This document shows, piece after piece, positions 41,783 through 51,040 of a stretch of DNA of 64,000 nucleotides. The stretch is from Oscillospiraceae bacterium. Lineage in GTDB: Bacteria; Bacillota; Clostridia; Oscillospirales; CAG-272. Made by a program: the position numbers and the translations under genes. Numbering within the stretch: position 1 is the stretch's first letter; every line of letters starts with the position of its first letter. The notes below the pieces were generated by a model. The model did no database searches, was not told the DNA's origin, and saw only the letters and a list, made by a program, of their open reading frames with translations. The stretch covers positions 158,594 to 222,593 of the forward strand of contig SVRK01000003.1 of NCBI GenBank assembly GCA_015064855.1. Reading direction: 5' to 3'.

Positions 41783-43522
41783 TTATCTTTCCACCGTTTC
41801 AATAGCATTGAATTTGCAATAGCTTTTGCAAAGACCGCAACCGTTACACATGGTTTGGTCAATTTTGATTGTGCCGTCTTGGTTCCTTGTAATAGCAGGA
41901 CAGCCAATCTTTAAGCACATACCGCACTTTTTACAAGCCTCAGGGTTAGCCTTGCATACGCTTGGGAACTTTTGTCCCTTCAAAAGAACACAAGGAGCTT
42001 TTGTAATAATAACAGTTAATTCATCACTTTGTGTGCTTTCCTTAACTATTCTTTCGAGCTCTTTTACGTCAAAGGCGTTAACCTCAATTACGTTAGGTAC
42101 GCCGATAGCACGGCAAAGCTCAGCTAAATCTATTGCGTAAGTTTCCTCACCTTTTAAGGTTTTACCTGTTGCTGCGTGGTCTTGATGTCCTGTCATACCG
42201 GTTGTTCTGTTATCAAGAATCATAACAGTTGCAGTTGACTTATTATATACCATATTTACAAGTGAGTTAATACCTGTATGTAAGAACGTAGAGTCGCCAA
42301 TAACCGCAACCCAGTTCTTTATGTAATCCTTGCCCTTGCCCTTTTCCATACCGTGAAGTGCAGAAATTGATGCACCCATACAAACACAGGTGTCAACAAC
42401 TCCAAGCGGTGGAACAGCACCGAGTGTATAGCATCCAATATCACCAGATGCGTGAATTTTTAATTTATTAAGAACGGAATATACGCTTCTGTGCGGACAA
42501 CCTGGGCAGAGAATAGGAGGGCGGTTTGGTGATTCCTGCTTTTCAAACACGCAGTCATCGTTGCCAAAAAGAACTCTCTTTAATAAATTTGCGCTATATT
42601 CACCTTGACGGGTAAACACTTCTTTTCCCTTTACGTCAAAGCCCCAAGCTCTTACTTGCTCCTCAATAACAGGCTCAAGCTCCTCAAATACGTAAACAGT
42701 TTCAACCTTGGAGCAGAAGTCAGCAATTAATTCCTTTGAAATTGGGTTAACAAGACCAAGCTTTAATACGCTTGCATTTGGGCAAACCTCTTTTACATAT
42801 TGATATGCAATACCGGATGTGATAAAGCCAACCTTTGTGTCACCCATTTCCATTTTGTTGATGGAAAGCGTAGCGGCATCCTTTGCCAAGCGGTTTTCTC
42901 TTGCCTCAACAACCACGTGTCTTGCAATAGCTGATGCTGGCATCATAACGTATTTTCCAACGTTTCTTGAATATTCCTTATCAGTTACCTCAACTCTATC
43001 GTAAAGCTCAACAGCACTTTGTGAGTGTGCGAGCTTTGTAGTTGTGCGGAAAATTACGGGCGTGTCATATTCCTCACTTATTTCATAAGCGATTTTCATA
43101 AAGTCCTTAGCCTCTTGGCTGTCGGAAGGTTCAATAACGGGAACATGTGCTGAACGTGCAACCATACGTGTGTCTTGCTCATTTTGAGAGGATGCAAGAC
43201 CAGGGTCATCAGCAACAACGATAACGGAGCCGCCGTTTACACCTGTATAAGCAAAGGTGTATAGTGGGTCAGACGCTACGTTTAAGCCAACGTGCTTCAT
43301 ACAAGCAAGGCTACGTACGCCCGAGAAGGATGCACCGATAGCAACCTCGGTAGCTACCTTTTCATTAGGTGCCCATTCTGTATATATTTCATCATATTTT
43401 GCTAAATATTCGCTAATTTCAGTGCTTGGGGTTCCGGGGTAAGCACTTGAAAGCTTAACTCCTGCCTCGTATGCACCTCTTGCAATAGCCTCGTTACCGA
43501 GCATTATAGTTTTCTTTGCCAT
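41783..43522 (-). CDS. iorA: Indolepyruvate:ferredoxin oxidoreductase subunit alpha
   Basis: 579 aa. TPP site (GDSTF..), CPGCPH, and C-terminal 2x[4Fe-4S] ferredoxin motifs (CKKCGMC..C and CNGCGLCKSYC). Confidence 0.9.
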   Translation of the reverse strand: MAKKTIMLGNEAIARGAYEAGVKLSSAYPGTPSTEISEYLAKYDEIYTEWAPNEKVATEVAIGASFSGVRSLACMKHVGLNVASDPLYTFAYTGVNGGSVIVVADDPGLASSQNEQDTRMVARSAHVPVIEPSDSQEAKDFMKIAYEISEEYDTPVIFRTTTKLAHSQSAVELYDRVEVTDKEYSRNVGKYVMMPASAIARHVVVEARENRLAKDAATLSINKMEMGDTKVGFITSGIAYQYVKEVCPNASVLKLGLVNPISKELIADFCSKVETVYVFEELEPVIEEQVRAWGFDVKGKEVFTRQGEYSANLLKRVLFGNDDCVFEKQESPNRPPILCPGCPHRSVYSVLNKLKIHASGDIGCYTLGAVPPLGVVDTCVCMGASISALHGMEKGKGKDYIKNWVAVIGDSTFLHTGINSLVNMVYNKSTATVMILDNRTTGMTGHQDHAATGKTLKGEETYAIDLAELCRAIGVPNVIEVNAFDVKELERIVKESTQSDELTVIITKAPCVLLKGQKFPSVCKANPEACKKCGMCLKIGCPAITRNQDGTIKIDQTMCNGCGLCKSYCKFNAIETVER

Positions 43523-44823
43523 TATTTTATACCTCTTAAATCCTTAACTCTTTTTGCTTTACCCTCAAAACGTTGAAGTGTATTGGGAGACTCAAGCATT
43601 ACCTTGGCATCAAGTCCAAGAATTATCTTTAATTTATTTTGTACCTCGCGCTTAATCTTCTCAAGCTCACTGAATGAGTCGGTTGAATGTGCAAGCTCAA
43701 CCTTAACAGTTAGCTTGTCAAGGTATCCATCGCGCTCAAGAATAATCTCGTAGTGCGGACCAAGCTCGTTAACAGAGAGAATAACCTCTTCAATTTGGCT
43801 CGGGAACACGTTAACACCGCGAATTTTAAGCATGTCGTCGCTTCTGCCTGAAAGGTTTTCCATACGGCAGAAGGTTCTGCCACATTTACACTTTTCATAG
43901 AAAAGACGTGTAATATCCTTGGTTCTATATCTGATAAGAGGAATACCCTCTTTCTTTATACAGGTAATAACAAGCTCACCTTGCTCACCCTCGGGTAGCA
44001 CCTCGCCTGTTTGCGGATTTATAATTTCGGGAATAAAGTAGTCCTCGTTTATGTGCATACCACAGTGCTCAAGGCACTCGCCTGAAACACCCGGACCCAT
44101 TAACTCACTCATTCCGTAGTTTGTAGTAATTAAAATATCCTTGCCCCAGAATTTATGCATTTCCTCACGCATAGCATCAGTTAAAAGCTCACTTCCAACA
44201 AGAGCAATTTTAACCTTCAAATCGCGTTCAGGCTCAACACCCATTTCGCGTGCAACCTCGGCAAGACGGAGAGCATATGATGGAGTTGCAACCAATAGAG
44301 AGGTTTCAAAGTCTTGCATATACATAATTTGCTTTTGTGAGTTACCTGTTGATGACGGAACGATAGCCGCACCTATGTTTTCAAGACCGTAGTGAAGTCC
44401 TAGAGCACCGGTAAACATACCATAACCGAAGCAAATTTGAGCAATATCCTTATCGGTTGCTCCACCCATACAGGCAATTCTTGAAACACATTCAGTCCAA
44501 GACTCAATATCGCCCTGTGTATATCCAACAACTGTTGGCTTTCCTGTCGTTCCGCTGGATGCATGGATTCTGACAAGCTTATCCTTTGGCACTGCAAAAA
44601 GTCCAAATGGATAATTATCTCTCATATCCTGCTTTGTAACGAATGGAAGCTTTGATAAATCCTTGAGTGATTTAATATCCTCGGGCTTAACACCAGCCTC
44701 ATCCATTTTCTTTCTATAAGCCGGCACCTTTTCGTAAACGCGATTAACAGTTTCCTTTAGGCGCTCAAGCTGTAATTTTTCTAATTCCTCTCTTGGTAGA
44801 GTTTCTTCCTTTGACCAAATCAT
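43522..44823 (-). CDS. Phenylacetate-CoA ligase family protein (PaaK paralog 2)
   Basis: SSGTTGKPTVVGYT. 433 aa, collinear with paralog 1. Confidence 0.88.
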   Translation of the reverse strand: MIWSKEETLPREELEKLQLERLKETVNRVYEKVPAYRKKMDEAGVKPEDIKSLKDLSKLPFVTKQDMRDNYPFGLFAVPKDKLVRIHASSGTTGKPTVVGYTQGDIESWTECVSRIACMGGATDKDIAQICFGYGMFTGALGLHYGLENIGAAIVPSSTGNSQKQIMYMQDFETSLLVATPSYALRLAEVAREMGVEPERDLKVKIALVGSELLTDAMREEMHKFWGKDILITTNYGMSELMGPGVSGECLEHCGMHINEDYFIPEIINPQTGEVLPEGEQGELVITCIKKEGIPLIRYRTKDITRLFYEKCKCGRTFCRMENLSGRSDDMLKIRGVNVFPSQIEEVILSVNELGPHYEIILERDGYLDKLTVKVELAHSTDSFSELEKIKREVQNKLKIILGLDAKVMLESPNTLQRFEGKAKRVKDLRGIK

Positions 44824-44856
44824 AATAAGTTCATCCTAAAATTATTTTATTTAAAA

Positions 44857-46404
44857 TTATTTTATTTCGCCTTCAATTGGCTTATCAAATGCCTCGTATA
44901 ATATCTCGTCGTTTGGCTTCCTTGTGCATAGACTAACAATAACTGTAACAATAACAGAGAATACCATACAACAAACACCAATAAGTGGGGAGCAGGAAAC
45001 ACCCATTTTTATTGCGTTTCCAAATTCGCCAGTAGCATCTGGGTGGTTGTAGCCAAGTATCAAAATCAAGCTAACGGTTAAAACAAGTGAGCTGATAATT
45101 GATGTCCAAACAGCGGGAGTAGTAACCTTTTTCCAAATAACACCAAGCACATAAGGACCCATAAAGCAACCAGCCAAGGTGCCCCAGCTAATACCCATCA
45201 TATAAGCAATAGCAGCAAGTCCAAATTCTTCGTTTAAAATTGCTAACACAACCGAAATAATTATAAATACAAGGCAAAGCCCTCTCATTACCCAGTTTAC
45301 CTTTTTGTCGTTAGCCTTTTTATCAATTGCCCCTTTATATAGGTCAACTGCAACAACTGAAGCACTGGCAAGTGAAACAGAGGAAAGCGTTGACATACTA
45401 GCCGACAATATAAGAACTGCAATAATTCCCATAAGTCCAACAGGAATGACAGCCTTTAGCATAAGAGGAATAAATCTGTCCGGATTTGTTCCAATAACAT
45501 CTGGGAAGAAATAGCTTAAAGCTCCCGAAAAATATGCAATAAAGCCGATAAGCAAAGCAAAAGCAGTGCTTACAATAATTCCTTGATAAATTGCCTTTTT
45601 ATCGCGAATTGCGTAATATTTATGTATTGTTTGAGGTAGCGCCCAAACACCAAAGGATGTAAGACCAATTAGCGCAAGAAGAGAGGTTGTATTACCGTAA
45701 ATAATATGGTTGTTATCTGCCCCGAATGTAAACCAAGTGAGGTTATTATTATTAACAAGCTCGGAAATGTTCCAATTAATTCTATCACTATTCATAAAGA
45801 ATATAATCATAAGCACAACGCCTATAATCATAATAATTCCTTGAATAAAATCGGAAAGCGCAGTTGCAAAATATCCACCAAAGAATAGATAAACCGCTGT
45901 TATAACTGCTAAAACAAGCATAACAACCCAACCAGGAATTCCGTAAACTATTTCAAACAGGCTACTAATACCACTGTAAACGGATGCCGAATAAGGAATT
46001 AAGAAAATAAAGATAACAATAGCACTGACAATCTTTAATTTAGACGAGCCATATCTTTTCTCAAAGAACTCAGGCATCGTTTTAGCGCTAAGCCTTCTTG
46101 TCATATTTTTTGTGCGCTTTGCAAGGACTAGCCAAGCAATAAGAGTACCAATTATTGCGTTTCCAATTCCAATCCAAACCGATGCAAGACCAAAGGAGCT
46201 ACCGAATTTTCCTGCATAGCCAACGAAAATTACAGCAGAGAAATAAGTAGTACCATATGCGAAAGCTGTCATCCAGCCGTTGAGTCCCTTTTTGCCCGCT
46301 AACAAAAAGTCATTAACTGATTGTGAGCGGCTCCTTGTGTAAATTGCTATTCCCACCATAGAAAGTGCAAATAGCGCCATAATAACATAATCAATCCATT
46401 CCAT
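44857..46404 (-). CDS. Sodium:solute symporter family transporter
   Basis: 515 aa with ~13 TM segments and SSF-like sequence. First gene of the operon. Confidence 0.8.
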   Translation of the reverse strand: MEWIDYVIMALFALSMVGIAIYTRSRSQSVNDFLLAGKKGLNGWMTAFAYGTTYFSAVIFVGYAGKFGSSFGLASVWIGIGNAIIGTLIAWLVLAKRTKNMTRRLSAKTMPEFFEKRYGSSKLKIVSAIVIFIFLIPYSASVYSGISSLFEIVYGIPGWVVMLVLAVITAVYLFFGGYFATALSDFIQGIIMIIGVVLMIIFFMNSDRINWNISELVNNNNLTWFTFGADNNHIIYGNTTSLLALIGLTSFGVWALPQTIHKYYAIRDKKAIYQGIIVSTAFALLIGFIAYFSGALSYFFPDVIGTNPDRFIPLMLKAVIPVGLMGIIAVLILSASMSTLSSVSLASASVVAVDLYKGAIDKKANDKKVNWVMRGLCLVFIIISVVLAILNEEFGLAAIAYMMGISWGTLAGCFMGPYVLGVIWKKVTTPAVWTSIISSLVLTVSLILILGYNHPDATGEFGNAIKMGVSCSPLIGVCCMVFSVIVTVIVSLCTRKPNDEILYEAFDKPIEGEIK

Positions 46405-46454
46405 AAAATTGCCTCGCGAAATACTTTAGTGTGTTAAAAGAATAAATTATTAAA

Positions 46455-46484
46455 ATTATATCATATAATATTATAGCTTGTCAA
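46455..46484 (-). promoter_or_regulatory. Sigma-A promoter of the symporter-paaK-ior operon
   Basis: Minus strand: TTGACA, 18 nt, TATAAT. Confidence 0.45.
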
Positions 46485-46503
46485 CATTTGCCCGTCAAAA
46501 ATA

Positions 46504-46532
46504 TTGAATATATCGAAAAAATATGATATAAT
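46504..46532 (+). promoter_or_regulatory. Sigma-A promoter of the alpha/beta hydrolase gene
   Basis: TTGAAT, 17 nt, TATAAT. Confidence 0.55.
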
Positions 46533-46560
46533 ATTGAGCATCGGGTGAGAGGAGTTTGTT

Positions 46561-47295
46561 ATGACAAGAAAAAATCGAATAATTTTAATTTCCACATTAA
46601 GCACAATGGCGATTATTTTGTTATTGGCTATTGCTGGAATTCTAATATATTTAAATACATATTATCACGCTGATAGAGAGGCGGTTGATGCGTTTTTGGA
46701 GCAAAGTCAAGTAGAAACAGTCGAAATAGATAGTGGCATAGTCGCATTTGTACCAAGAATGGCGAACGCGGGATTTATTTTTTACCCTGGTGGAAAGGTC
46801 GAGGCGGAAGCATACTATCCTTTAATGGCGGAATGTGCGAAAAACGGAGTTTTATCCGTAATTGTTGAAATGCCCTTTAATTTAGCTGTATTTAATATTA
46901 ATGGTGCAGATGGGATAAAAGAAGAGTTTCCAGAGGTTGAAAATTGGTACGTGGGTGGTCACTCCCTCGGTGGTTCAATGGCGGCAACTTATCTTGATAA
47001 TCACAGAGAGGACTATGAAGGGCTGATTCTTTTAGGCTCATATTCGACCATTGATTTTAGGGATAGCGACATTCGTGCTTTGTCGATTTATGGTGAAAAT
47101 GATAGGGTAATGAATAGAGAAAAATACGATGAGTGTAAAGCGAATTTATCGACACTTTCCGAGCACGAAATAGTAGGAGGCAACCACGCCGGCTTTGGTA
47201 TGTATGGAAGGCAGGACGGCGACGGAATAGCCTTAATTACAAGCGAGGAACAAATAAAAAAAGCAGCTTCAATAATTATTGAGTTTGTAGAATAA
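46561..47295 (+). CDS. Membrane-anchored alpha/beta hydrolase
   Basis: N-terminal TM helix and the nucleophile elbow GGHSLGG. 244 aa. Confidence 0.75.
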   Translation: MTRKNRIILISTLSTMAIILLLAIAGILIYLNTYYHADREAVDAFLEQSQVETVEIDSGIVAFVPRMANAGFIFYPGGKVEAEAYYPLMAECAKNGVLSVIVEMPFNLAVFNINGADGIKEEFPEVENWYVGGHSLGGSMAATYLDNHREDYEGLILLGSYSTIDFRDSDIRALSIYGENDRVMNREKYDECKANLSTLSEHEIVGGNHAGFGMYGRQDGDGIALITSEEQIKKAASIIIEFVE

Positions 47296-47310
47296 GATAA
47301 TACTTTATGC

Positions 47311-47352
47311 AAAAAATCAGAGCGGACAATCAAATGTCCGCTCTGATTTCGT
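47311..47352. terminator. Bidirectional terminator
   Basis: ATCAGAGCGGAC-AATCAAAT-GTCCGCTCTGAT is flanked by an A-run and a T-run. Confidence 0.85.
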
Positions 47353-47369
47353 TTATCATAAAATAAATT

Positions 47370-47783
47370 TCATTTCATCAGCTCGTCGGTAAGGCGAATA
47401 ATTTCAGGTGCTATCTTCTTGCGCTTTTTCTTTAGAATAATAGTGTATATTGGATATGCAAGACTAGCAATAGCACCGCCAAGAATGCCGATAACTATTC
47501 CTATTGTCATTGCCATATTTTGAAAATCGCCGAGAATTTTTGAAAGCTCTGTCATAATAAGGCTCATTCCAAAGCCGAGAATAAGAGTGCCTACTATACC
47601 CAACGCTAAAGAAACTATTTGTGCAGCCTGTGTGGAGCTGGCATCAAGACGACGCAAACGAGCCATTTTATCCTCTGGTTCTGTCGAAGGTGTATATTTT
47701 TCGCGAATTCGTTTTATTTCTAACTGTTCCTTTGCGGAGTAGGTGTAAGTGAATCCGCCATTTCCTTGGTTATTGTTTTCCAT
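47370..47783 (-). CDS. Small 2-TM membrane protein, paralog A of a three-member family
   Basis: 137 aa. Cytoplasmic N-region FTYTYSAKEQLEIKRIREKY..LRRLD, a TM hairpin, then KKKRKKIAPEIIRLTDEL. Overlaps the upstream gene by 14 nt. Confidence 0.75.
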   Translation of the reverse strand: MENNNQGNGGFTYTYSAKEQLEIKRIREKYTPSTEPEDKMARLRRLDASSTQAAQIVSLALGIVGTLILGFGMSLIMTELSKILGDFQNMAMTIGIVIGILGGAIASLAYPIYTIILKKKRKKIAPEIIRLTDELMK

Positions 47784-48666
47784 TTTTAACCTCTGTTTTT
47801 AATTTTTTCAGTTTTTTCGTGCCTACGACTATCATATAAATTGCCGTAGCAACGATTAGTACGGAAATAGCGCCGCCCGTTGCACTGAGCATCAATTTCC
47901 TTGTAGTAGCAGTCATCGTTTCATCGCCGAAGGTCGTGAGCATCGTGGATTCAAGTGTCAGCATGGACACGAGTGCCGCTGTCAAGCTGATTGTTTTTGA
48001 TGCCGAGTAGACAGGACTGTTATACTTTTTATATTTTATGACATTGATAATTGCCGTTGTGAGCGCCGTAAAGGTGTACGCTGCCATCGCAATTGCTGTG
48101 ATCATGTGATGCTCGAAGGTTCTGTTCCAATAAACCATAAAGAAGATTATTAGCGCAAGCGCTAAGTTCATCACAAGGAATACGATACCGCAGGCACGGT
48201 ATTTTTTTAGCTCGGTTTGCATTCTCTCACCAGGAGCATATCTCGTTGTGTGACGAGCCAAAAAGAATCGCGTCACACTAAGGCAAACATAGTATGCGCC
48301 GAGCGAGTAGAACCAGAAGGTGTGGTGGTAAAATCCAAGCCATAGCTGAAAGATTCCGTACAAGGCATTCCAAGCAAGCGAGACGTAGAGTGACACGTTT
48401 ACGCGCAGACGAGCATCCTCCTGCCATCGTCGCGCATACTTGTTTTCGTTCTTGAACGTCTTGAAAAATTTGATTAAATACGGAATTTTGAAGCACCAAA
48501 CTGTTAACGTGTACGATGCTATCACGTAAGATACAATAGCGATCGGAGACTCCGTTCCAACAAACACCATTGAACCGATAAGCAAAACTGCTGCAATTGG
48601 AACAAGGATGATCATAATCGCGATATGCGGAAACAAAAGAGCTTTACCTATTTTCTTCCAACTCAT
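47770..48666 (-). CDS. Polytopic membrane protein of unknown function, co-operonic with the HK/RR
   Basis: ~298 aa from MSWKKIGKALLF with 6-8 hydrophobic helices. The ATG at 48666 overlaps the end of the HK gene by 23 nt. Confidence 0.7.
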   Translation of the reverse strand: MSWKKIGKALLFPHIAIMIILVPIAAVLLIGSMVFVGTESPIAIVSYVIASYTLTVWCFKIPYLIKFFKTFKNENKYARRWQEDARLRVNVSLYVSLAWNALYGIFQLWLGFYHHTFWFYSLGAYYVCLSVTRFFLARHTTRYAPGERMQTELKKYRACGIVFLVMNLALALIIFFMVYWNRTFEHHMITAIAMAAYTFTALTTAIINVIKYKKYNSPVYSASKTISLTAALVSMLTLESTMLTTFGDETMTATTRKLMLSATGGAISVLIVATAIYMIVVGTKKLKKLKTEVKNGKQ

Positions 48667-49735
48667 TTTTATTTCTCCTGATTTTAACGGTGAAGGTAGA
48701 GCCGACGCCGACTTCACTTTCCACAGCAATTTCCCCTTGCATAATATCAACTACGCGTCTGACAAGAGCAAGACCGAGACCATTTCCTTGCGTAGCACGC
48801 GACGTGTCGCCTTGATAGAATTTTTCAAAGATGTGTGCACCTACCTCGCTGCTTATACCACAACCTGTGTCCGATATTTTAACAATAGCGTGCTTTTCAT
48901 CTGATGCTAATGAAAGAGATACCTTTCCACCCTCATCCGTGAACTTTAAGGCGTTAGAGAAAAGATTGCTCCAAACAAGGGAAAGAAGCTCTGCATCGGC
49001 AGAAACAAACACGTTCTCGGCAATATCGGTTTCAATCTCAATATTCTTTCTTTCCCACGTGCTTTCATACTGCAAAAGGCTTTCGCAAAGCTGTTCTCCG
49101 AGATCAAAGGTGGTGGGATTCGGGTAAATCTGCTGATTTTCAAGTCGGTTGAGCTTTAATATATTCGTCATCATACCCGCAAGACGGCGCGAGGCATCGG
49201 TGATTGCCTTTGCATATTCAAGTCGCTTTTCTTCGGACAGGTTGTTGGTCTGCAAAAGCGTTCCGTAGTTCTGCATCACGGCAAGCGGAGTTTTCATCTC
49301 GTGAGACACGTTGGCTATAAAATCAGTGCGTAAGGTTTCTACACCGGATAATTCCTCTGCCATAGCATTGAGTGATTCACCTATTTGATTAAAGCCATCC
49401 ATACCTGAACCGCGCATATGCTTAACACGGGCAGAAAAATTTCCGTTCGTCATTTTTTTAGCTGCGTTTGTGATCATTTTTACAGGTCTTTCCACCATGA
49501 TTTTTCGACGAATGAAATCGGCGGTTTTAAAAAGAACGGTAATAATTACAACGTTGAGAAAGGTGATCTTTGCCGCTTCAGCGATATTTTCGGAAGTATA
49601 GGTAAGCCCCATTTCTTTGGATAGTACGTTGAGGAAGAGCATCATACAGCAGGAGACCACAAAGCCAACCGTCAAAAAGAACAAAAGAAAACTGCTGAAC
49701 TCCCGAAGCACTCTATGGAATGCCGGCTTTTTCAT
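48644..49735 (-). CDS. Sensor histidine kinase (2 TM, HAMP, HisKA, HATPase_c)
   Basis: H-box SHEMKTPLAV, N-box NLFSNALKF, G-boxes DTGCGI and GNGLGLAL. Confidence 0.92.
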   Translation of the reverse strand: MKKPAFHRVLREFSSFLLFFLTVGFVVSCCMMLFLNVLSKEMGLTYTSENIAEAAKITFLNVVIITVLFKTADFIRRKIMVERPVKMITNAAKKMTNGNFSARVKHMRGSGMDGFNQIGESLNAMAEELSGVETLRTDFIANVSHEMKTPLAVMQNYGTLLQTNNLSEEKRLEYAKAITDASRRLAGMMTNILKLNRLENQQIYPNPTTFDLGEQLCESLLQYESTWERKNIEIETDIAENVFVSADAELLSLVWSNLFSNALKFTDEGGKVSLSLASDEKHAIVKISDTGCGISSEVGAHIFEKFYQGDTSRATQGNGLGLALVRRVVDIMQGEIAVESEVGVGSTFTVKIRRNKNELEENR

Positions 49736-50403
49736 TTGATCACCGCCTTGTATCCTAGACCATGGACGGTCTGTATTTCAAATGAGTCGCAATCGCATAG
49801 CTTTGAGCGAAGCTTAGTCATATATACGTCGACTGTTCTTGTGCTTGATTGTGTGTCTACGTCCCAAAATTCATCCATTAGCTGAGTGCGGGTGAATGTC
49901 TTTTTGGGATAAGATAACAGCTTATATAGAATATCAAACTCTCGTGCCGTTAAGGAAATTTCTTCTCCATTTAAAGATGCGCTTCTTTCGTCTGCATCCA
50001 TAACGAAATTGCCAACCTCAAGTCGGCGGCTAGAGGCAATTTTAGAGCGTCGAAGAAGTGCACCAATTCTAAGGAAAAGCTCATCAAGATCAATAGGCTT
50101 AGTCATATAGTCGTCAATCCCAATGCGATATCCTCTTTGCTTTGATGCAAAGTCGTCGCGCGCAGTCATAAACAGTATAGGAATGTCATTGTTTATAGAG
50201 CGCACAGTTTTCGCAAATTCAAAGCCATCAATTTTGGGCATCATTATATCCGAAACGATAAGATCGAAAACGGTTTTATACATTTCGTCGTAGGCACTTT
50301 CCGCATCAAGACATCCAATCGCTTCGTATCCGCTGCTGTTCAAAAACGAGCAAACGGAGCGATTTAAATCTCTGTCATCCTCTACAACTAAAATTTTGAA
50401 CAT
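49732..50403 (-). CDS. OmpR/PhoB-family response regulator
   Basis: Receiver domain (ILVVEDD, ..DLIVSDIMMPKIDG) plus a winged-helix C-domain (..VDVYMTKLRSKL..GLGYK). Confidence 0.93.
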   Translation of the reverse strand: MFKILVVEDDRDLNRSVCSFLNSSGYEAIGCLDAESAYDEMYKTVFDLIVSDIMMPKIDGFEFAKTVRSINNDIPILFMTARDDFASKQRGYRIGIDDYMTKPIDLDELFLRIGALLRRSKIASSRRLEVGNFVMDADERSASLNGEEISLTAREFDILYKLLSYPKKTFTRTQLMDEFWDVDTQSSTRTVDVYMTKLRSKLCDCDSFEIQTVHGLGYKAVIK

Positions 50404-50444
50404 TTTTCATCCCTCCAAGGGTAGATTTTGTTTTTTGCATCTCT

Positions 50445-50474
50445 ATTATAACATGGAAATGTTAAAGTTTTGTT
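50445..50474 (-). promoter_or_regulatory. Promoter of the RR-HK operon with an AACAAAAC box at -35
   Basis: Minus strand reads AACAAAAC, 16 nt, TATAAT (with TGt extended -10). Confidence 0.45.
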
Positions 50475-50498
50475 TACATTTTCCCTTTTTCAAAAAAT

Positions 50499-50535
50499 TA
50501 TAAAAAATAAGGCAACGCAAAATAGCGTTGCCTAA
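50499..50535 (-). terminator. Rho-independent terminator
   Basis: Minus strand: AGGCAACGC-TATTTT-GCGTTGCCT followed by TATTTTTTA. Confidence 0.8.
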
Positions 50536-50538
50536 ATT

Positions 50539-51024
50539 TTATTCTGTTATGGAAACAGTGTATTGACCGTCAAGCCCCTTCATCTTTAAAAATTCATTAA
50601 ATTCTTTTGTTAAAGATTCGGCACTGCAAACAATATTGGAACTGGAAGAGGAGGCATACGCATTTGCGCGAGCAACCCCTGCTTGCGCTTGTGCCTGAGC
50701 CCTTGCAATTTGTTTTGCGGTGTCGGCAGGCGCATTTTTTGCTCCATTTTTTATGTTATTAACTACGAGATGGAATTTTGCCTTGATGCCTTTTGTGTGA
50801 AGAAACTCGACAAATTCCTTGTTTTCCTCTGCCGATTTCGTTTTTACTGCCTCAAAGCTTGCCACATCCTTTTCGTGTTGCTTGCGAGCAGATTCTCCCA
50901 TATTGTTAAATGCGAGTTTGAATTTAGCTATTATTCCCTTCGTATGCAAAAATTCGCTGAATTGATTGTTAAGCTCAAGCATTTCTTGTTCTATTTCTTG
51001 TTCTGTTTTGAATTGATTTTCCAT
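50539..51024 (-). CDS. Soluble helical protein with three internal EF(L/V)xxKG(I/L) repeats, unknown function
   Basis: Repeats are NNQFSEFLHTKGIIAKFKLAFNN, NKEFVEFLHTKGIKAKFHLVVNN and TKEFNEFLKMKGLDGQYTVSI. I prefer the ATG at 51024 (GGAG RBS 9 nt upstream). The track ORF starts at 51039. Confidence 0.65.
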   Translation of the reverse strand: MENQFKTEQEIEQEMLELNNQFSEFLHTKGIIAKFKLAFNNMGESARKQHEKDVASFEAVKTKSAEENKEFVEFLHTKGIKAKFHLVVNNIKNGAKNAPADTAKQIARAQAQAQAGVARANAYASSSSSNIVCSAESLTKEFNEFLKMKGLDGQYTVSITE

Positions 51025-51040
51025 TTTAAAAATCTCCATT

